64,000 bases of DNA from an uncultured Acidobacteriaceae bacterium (GTDB taxonomy: Bacteria > Acidobacteriota > Terriglobia > Terriglobales > Acidobacteriaceae), in the NCBI GenBank assembly GCA_963756485.1, contig CAVWNL010000011.1, positions 26,999 through 90,998 on the forward strand, given 5' to 3'. Below are positions 60,146-64,000 of this stretch, in pieces. The notes below the pieces were generated by a model. It made no database searches and was not told the DNA's origin. It worked only from the letters and a program-made list of their open reading frames with translations. The translations under genes were made by a program, and so were the position numbers. Each line of letters starts with the position of its first letter. The stretch's first letter is position 1.

Positions 60146-60160
60146 TGGCGCACCAATTGC
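60146..60160 (+). promoter_or_regulatory. Candidate sigma-54 (-24/-12) promoter
   Basis: TGGCGC-ACCAA-TTGC matches TGGCAC-N5-TTGC with exact spacing and one mismatch. It lies 31 nt upstream of ATG 60191 (AGGAG RBS at 60180-84) and faces the sigma-54 activator operon. Confidence 0.55.
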
Positions 60161-60190
60161 TCTTCCCTTCAGTGCACGCAGGAGAAGCTC

Positions 60191-60730
60191 ATGAAACTAA
60201 ATCACTCACTACTGATCGTCACTGCGCTCAGTCCAGTTTTGACACTGGCTGCGCGTGCCCAAAGCTCATCCGCCACACCACCACCTTCCCCATCCTCTGT
60301 GGCGCAATCATCGACAGGCACGGCCGCTACTTACAACAGCCGTATCAGCGCGGTCGTCTATGGACCGCAGGGTGAGATTCAGGCGCTGACCTTGCGCAAC
60401 GGGGTCGCCGTAAGTCTGCCGCCCGATCTGGGGACGCAGCTCCAGACTGCAATCGCCAGAGGAAGCCGGGTTCAGGTGAGCGGAACGCAAAGGGTCATCG
60501 CCGGGCAAACCAGCCTGCTCGCGCAGAGTCTCACGGCGAACGGACAGACTGTGATTGCCAGCCAACCCCCGGCTCCTGGAGGCGCTGCCGCTGCGGCACT
60601 TCCGCCGCCACCTCCAGGGCCGCCCGGGCCAAGGGGCCCTGCTGTCCGGCCGGCGCCCGGCGGACCACCACCTCCACCTCCGCCGCCCCCTCCAGCAGAC
60701 GCAACGCCAGCTCCTGCTCCGCAGATGTAG
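60191..60730 (+). CDS. Secreted protein of unknown function with a proline-rich C-terminus
   Basis: Signal peptide MKLNHSLLIVTALSPVLTLAARAQ; central ..VVYGPQGEIQALTLRNGVAVSLPPDLG..; C-terminal ..PPPPPGPPGPRGP..GGPPPPPPPPPPADATPAPAPQM. Confidence 0.6.
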   Translation: MKLNHSLLIVTALSPVLTLAARAQSSSATPPPSPSSVAQSSTGTAATYNSRISAVVYGPQGEIQALTLRNGVAVSLPPDLGTQLQTAIARGSRVQVSGTQRVIAGQTSLLAQSLTANGQTVIASQPPAPGGAAAAALPPPPPGPPGPRGPAVRPAPGGPPPPPPPPPPADATPAPAPQM

Positions 60731-60740
60731 AGGTGGCGCC

Positions 60741-61040
60741 GTGAAAGCGCCAGGCATCGTATGCATAGTTTTCACCGGGATGGTGCTCGCCGGGTGTGCC
60801 GGTCCTTCGGACCTGCCACTCGGCTTCGGTCCGGGGCTCGATCAATTCTCCGGCATCGCAATGCTTACCGTTCTGGTTGCGCTCGCTTGGCGTCTTATCC
60901 GGAACGCGCTGGGATCACGAACAGACAATCCGTCTGCGAGCGACATTCTGAGAATGCGGTATGCACGGGGAGAGTTATCTGAAGAGGAATATCGGCGTAT
61001 GACGGAAAATTTGTCTCGAGAGAAGGCCAAGTCAGCATGA
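60741..61040 (+). CDS. SHOCT-domain membrane/lipoprotein
   Basis: GTG 60741 gives MKAPGIVCIVFTGMVLAGC (lipobox-like LAGC). A second hydrophobic helix follows, then the C-terminal ..ASDILRMRYARGELSEEEYRRMTENL (SHOCT pattern). The start is uncertain. Confidence 0.55.
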   Translation: MKAPGIVCIVFTGMVLAGCAGPSDLPLGFGPGLDQFSGIAMLTVLVALAWRLIRNALGSRTDNPSASDILRMRYARGELSEEEYRRMTENLSREKAKSA

Positions 61041-62194
61041 CCTTTCTCCCGCCCTTACACGACTTCCGCCCCGGCTTGCCGGATGGCGCCGGTATCATTT
61101 CGTGGGTTCACCTTGGCGACCTGCACATGGTTCGGGCTTCGGAGCAGAATCATCGTGATCTCATCGCGATTGTCGATCAGGTGAATCGAGTGTTCGCCTC
61201 TTCGATTGCGTTCGTCTTCCTGCCGGGTGATCTGGCCGAGCACGGCCGCGCTGCAGAGTACTTCCTTGTCCGGCAGGCGCTCGACCCGCTTGCCGCACCA
61301 TGGTGCACCATCATTGGAGACCATGATGTACAGCAAAGAAGCTTCGCCAACTACCTTAGCTCCGTGGCGGCGGAAGAATATTATGCATTCCAGGTTGGGT
61401 CTGTTTCCTTTCTCGCACTCAACGCGTTCGACATTCCCGATCCCGGTTCATTCTGTCTTCTGGCAAAGCAACTGGACTGGATCGAGCATCAGCTGCGCTC
61501 GGTTCAACGCAACTCCGCCGTGCTGCTATTACACTGCTACCCGAGCGATCTGAAACTGGGAGGGGAGCGTTTGCGGGCTATGGTGGCGAGTTCCGCTGTG
61601 CGCCTGGTTGACATGGGCCACACTCACTACAACGAAGTGGCGAACGATGGACAAACCCTGTACACGACAACCCGCTCGACTGGGCAGATCGAAGAAGGCC
61701 CGGTCGGTTTCTCCGTCACCAGCATCGACGGCGACGTGACCAGTTGGAAGTTTCTGCGTCTGGGTGAATCACCTGCCGTGATGATCACTTCGCCGGCCGA
61801 CGAGCGCTTCATCACCGCATCCATGGTGAACGGCAACATCGCATCCGCCACGGTTCGCATTCGCGCCAAGGCCTGGGCGGAGTCCCCCGTCCGGAGCGCC
61901 AGGGCGAACCTGGGAAACCAAACGCTGCAACTGTTGCAATTTCGTGGCACGCAAGTGTGGGAGGGGGGGCTTGCTCGTGGTGTTCTGCCCGACGGGATTC
62001 ATCCCCTCTCAGTGACCATTGAGGACTCAGACGGCCGGACCGCTGTGGACAACATTCGGGTGGTTCTGGGGGCGTCCGTTTGCCCTTCTCGCGAACGCGC
62101 CAAACGGGACCAGGACAACGCGCTCCCAGCATGGCCAGAACGAGGACTCTTGGGTACCCAACTCGGCCCAAACAAGAACGGGAGAAAGTGGTAG
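61037..62194 (+). CDS. Metallophosphoesterase family protein
   Basis: ..WVHLGDLHM..FLPGDLAEHG..IIGDHDV..LLLHCYP..DMGHTHYN... The ATG overlaps the upstream stop (ATGA). Confidence 0.8.
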   Translation: MTFLPPLHDFRPGLPDGAGIISWVHLGDLHMVRASEQNHRDLIAIVDQVNRVFASSIAFVFLPGDLAEHGRAAEYFLVRQALDPLAAPWCTIIGDHDVQQRSFANYLSSVAAEEYYAFQVGSVSFLALNAFDIPDPGSFCLLAKQLDWIEHQLRSVQRNSAVLLLHCYPSDLKLGGERLRAMVASSAVRLVDMGHTHYNEVANDGQTLYTTTRSTGQIEEGPVGFSVTSIDGDVTSWKFLRLGESPAVMITSPADERFITASMVNGNIASATVRIRAKAWAESPVRSARANLGNQTLQLLQFRGTQVWEGGLARGVLPDGIHPLSVTIEDSDGRTAVDNIRVVLGASVCPSRERAKRDQDNALPAWPERGLLGTQLGPNKNGRKW

Positions 62195-63476
62195 ATGGTT
62201 TCTGCCTCCTTATCCCATCTTCTCTTAGCTCTGATTGTCGCCGTCAGCATCTTGCTCATGCTGATTCGGCCGCGCGACATTCCAGAGGTCTACTGGGTTG
62301 GCGGTGGTGCGATCCTGTTGATCGCCCTGCGGCTGATTCCGCTCCAGACTGGCGGGAAAGGCGGCGGCCGAGGGCTCCGATGTCTATCTTTTTCTCATCG
62401 GCATGATGCTGCTGTCGGAATTGGCCCGTGAGCACGGCGTCTTCGACTGGCTCTCCTCCGCCGCGCTGAAAGGTTCGCACGGTTCCTGCGTTCGCCTTTT
62501 CACCCTGGTCTACGGCGTGGGCACGCTGGTCACGATCTTCATGTCCAATGATGCAACTGCCGTGGTGCTCACTCCCGCGATTTTAGCTGCGATACGTAAA
62601 GCCAAGGTGGCGCCGCTACCCTATCTGTTCGCCTGCGCGATGATCGCCAATGCTGCCTCGTTTGTTTTGCCCATTTCCAACCCGGCAAATCTGGTGGTCT
62701 TTCATGCGAACATGCCGCCATTGGGGCGATGGCTCTCTTCCTTCGGCTTGCCATCGATTCTTTCCATCGTTGCGACGTATCTGGTCCTGCGGTTTGTCTT
62801 TCGCAAGGAACTCGCAGGCAGCGCAGAAGAAGGCGATCGCCGCAAAGCCGCTTTCGGCCAACGGCAAGATTGTATCTGGGGGGCATCGCCTCCATGGTGG
62901 CCGTCCTGTTGACCGCATCCGCTCTCGACCAGGATCTTGGCTTGCCCACCTGTCTTGGCGGCGCTCGCGATCACTGCGGTCGTGTGCATCAAGGCGCGCA
63001 GCAATCCCTGGAGTCTCTTAAAGAAATCAGTTGGGCCACGATCGCCCTGGTTGCCGGCTTGTTCATCATGGTGGAAGCAGTACAGAGCGTGGGCGCCCTC
63101 AAGTTCACCCGCGGCCCTGCACGACGTACAGCGATTAGCTCCCCCTCTCGCCGCTTTGATCACCGGCTTGGTCGTCGGCGTCGCCAACAACCTGGTCAAC
63201 AATCTTCCGCTGGGATTAATTGCCGGCGCGACGTTGCAGGCCGAGCATGCCAGGGGACTGATTGCCAATGCGGTACTGATTGGCGTTGACCTGGGACCGA
63301 ATCTTTCCGTCACCGGCTCCCTGGCTACCATCCTGTGGTTGATTGCGCTCCGCAAGGAGAAGCTGGACGTGAGCGGCTGGGACTTCTTCAAGGTCGGCGC
63401 CATCGCCATGCCGGTGGCTTTGGTGGCCGCTATTGGCGGCGCAATTCTGATGCAGATGCTCGGCACTAGATTTTAG
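62195..63476 (+). pseudogene. ArsB/NhaD-superfamily anion permease, about 6 frame breaks
   Basis: Family-like sequence alternates between all three frames: MVSASLSHLLLALIVAVSILLMLIRPRDIPEVYWVGGGAILLIALRLIPLQ | AGKAAAEGSDVYLFLIGMMLLSELAREHGVFDWL..SNDATAVVLTPA..ANAASFVLPISNPANLVV.. | PLSANGKIV | GGIASMVAVLLTASAL.. | AALAITAVVCIKARSNPWSLL | KEISWATIALVAGLFIMVEAVQSVG.. | ..VANNLVNNLPLGLI..VDLGPNLSVTGSLATILW... Confidence 0.8.
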
Positions 63477-63610
63477 AGCATCCAGTTCTGGAGCGAGGAC
63501 TGTGCGTGAGAACTGCCTCTGGTTCCCTGATGAAGGGTGGGGCAGCCAAGGTCCTTTGCTGATCCGGCTGAAGGCCTTACCTAGCGAAACAGGTCCATCA
63601 CGCTGGTGCC

Positions 63611-64000
63611 CTACAAAGGGAGCCGGTAGAACGTCAGCACCAGGATGGCGAGTGCCACCCAGCCGAGCCGGCGGTGGTTATAGGGCATGAGCGGGAAAAA
63701 CGGAACATGGGGATGGCGCATGGCCGGCAGCAGCAGAATCACCCCCCACAGCACCCATCCGGTCCACAGGGTCACACCCATCACCAGCAGGATCACCGGC
63801 ACCACGTAACGTCATCCGGCGATGCCAACGCGGACGAAATCGCATACAGAATATGGCCGCCATCCAGTTGCCCGGCGGGGATAAGGTTCAGCGAAGTGAC
63901 AAACAGCCCACCCAACTGGCGATCAGGATGGGGTGGGGAATCAGGTTGTCCATGCGCAGGCACCCAGGGAAGCCAGGCGGCAAGGGCACGGTCCAGCAGG
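63611..64000 (-). pseudogene. Site-2 protease family (peptidase M50) protein, C-terminal part; continues beyond the window; at least 3 frame breaks
   Basis: On the reverse strand: ..PILIASWVG | [22 protein letters not shown] | ..RPRWHRRMT.. | [55 protein letters not shown]. The breaks are at about 63907, 63842 and 63808. Confidence 0.6.

Overview
This is a GC-rich bacterial chromosomal segment. The gene content (a VWFA protein of the type common in Acidobacteria, a giant LptC/LptA-like protein, bamA-tamB pairing) and the dispersed palindromic repeats suggest an Acidobacteriota-type genome; that assignment is inference only.

I can support about 55 protein genes, almost all housekeeping or envelope functions:
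- ssb; a ctaB / ABC-2 exporter / DUF420 cluster; AI-2E transporter; aroK; an ECF sigma / anti-sigma pair; a ThiF/MoeB-like E1
- bamA, a surA-like gene and tamB
- BON-domain protein, UbiA prenyltransferase, CsbD, pheA, lon, pncB, a MoaD-MoaE fusion, VWA protein, OprB-like porin, Hfq-like protein, IMPase, ferredoxin, recO, AIM24, glyQS, phoU
- LptC/A-like protein, lptB, rpoN, hpf, a PAS-GGDEF-EAL protein and rapZ
- msbA-like ABC exporter, yicC, gmk, rpoZ, coaBC, family-4 udg, priA
- an MFS / histidine kinase / sigma-54 activator operon facing a four-gene operon of poorly characterised envelope proteins
- a partial M50 protease at the right edge

The left edge is the 3' end of a group II intron. 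I saw no rRNA, tRNA, CRISPR array, prophage or obvious defence island.

Three things stand out:
1. At least about 25 single-nucleotide frame disruptions sit in well conserved, partly essential genes. They are confined to four blocks (0.7-4.6 kb, 16.6-20.4 kb, 44.6-46.2 kb, 62.3-64 kb), separated by 11-24 kb of clean sequence.
2. A near-consensus sigma-54 promoter lies in front of the operon that faces the sigma-54 activator operon. This is the best candidate for an uncharacterised regulatory module.
3. Every long intergenic region is filled with a few families of short palindromic repeats, including nested and long inverted repeats.

I did not find convincing evidence for a wholly new system. 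All functional calls rest on motif recognition by eye in the supplied translations and need database confirmation.
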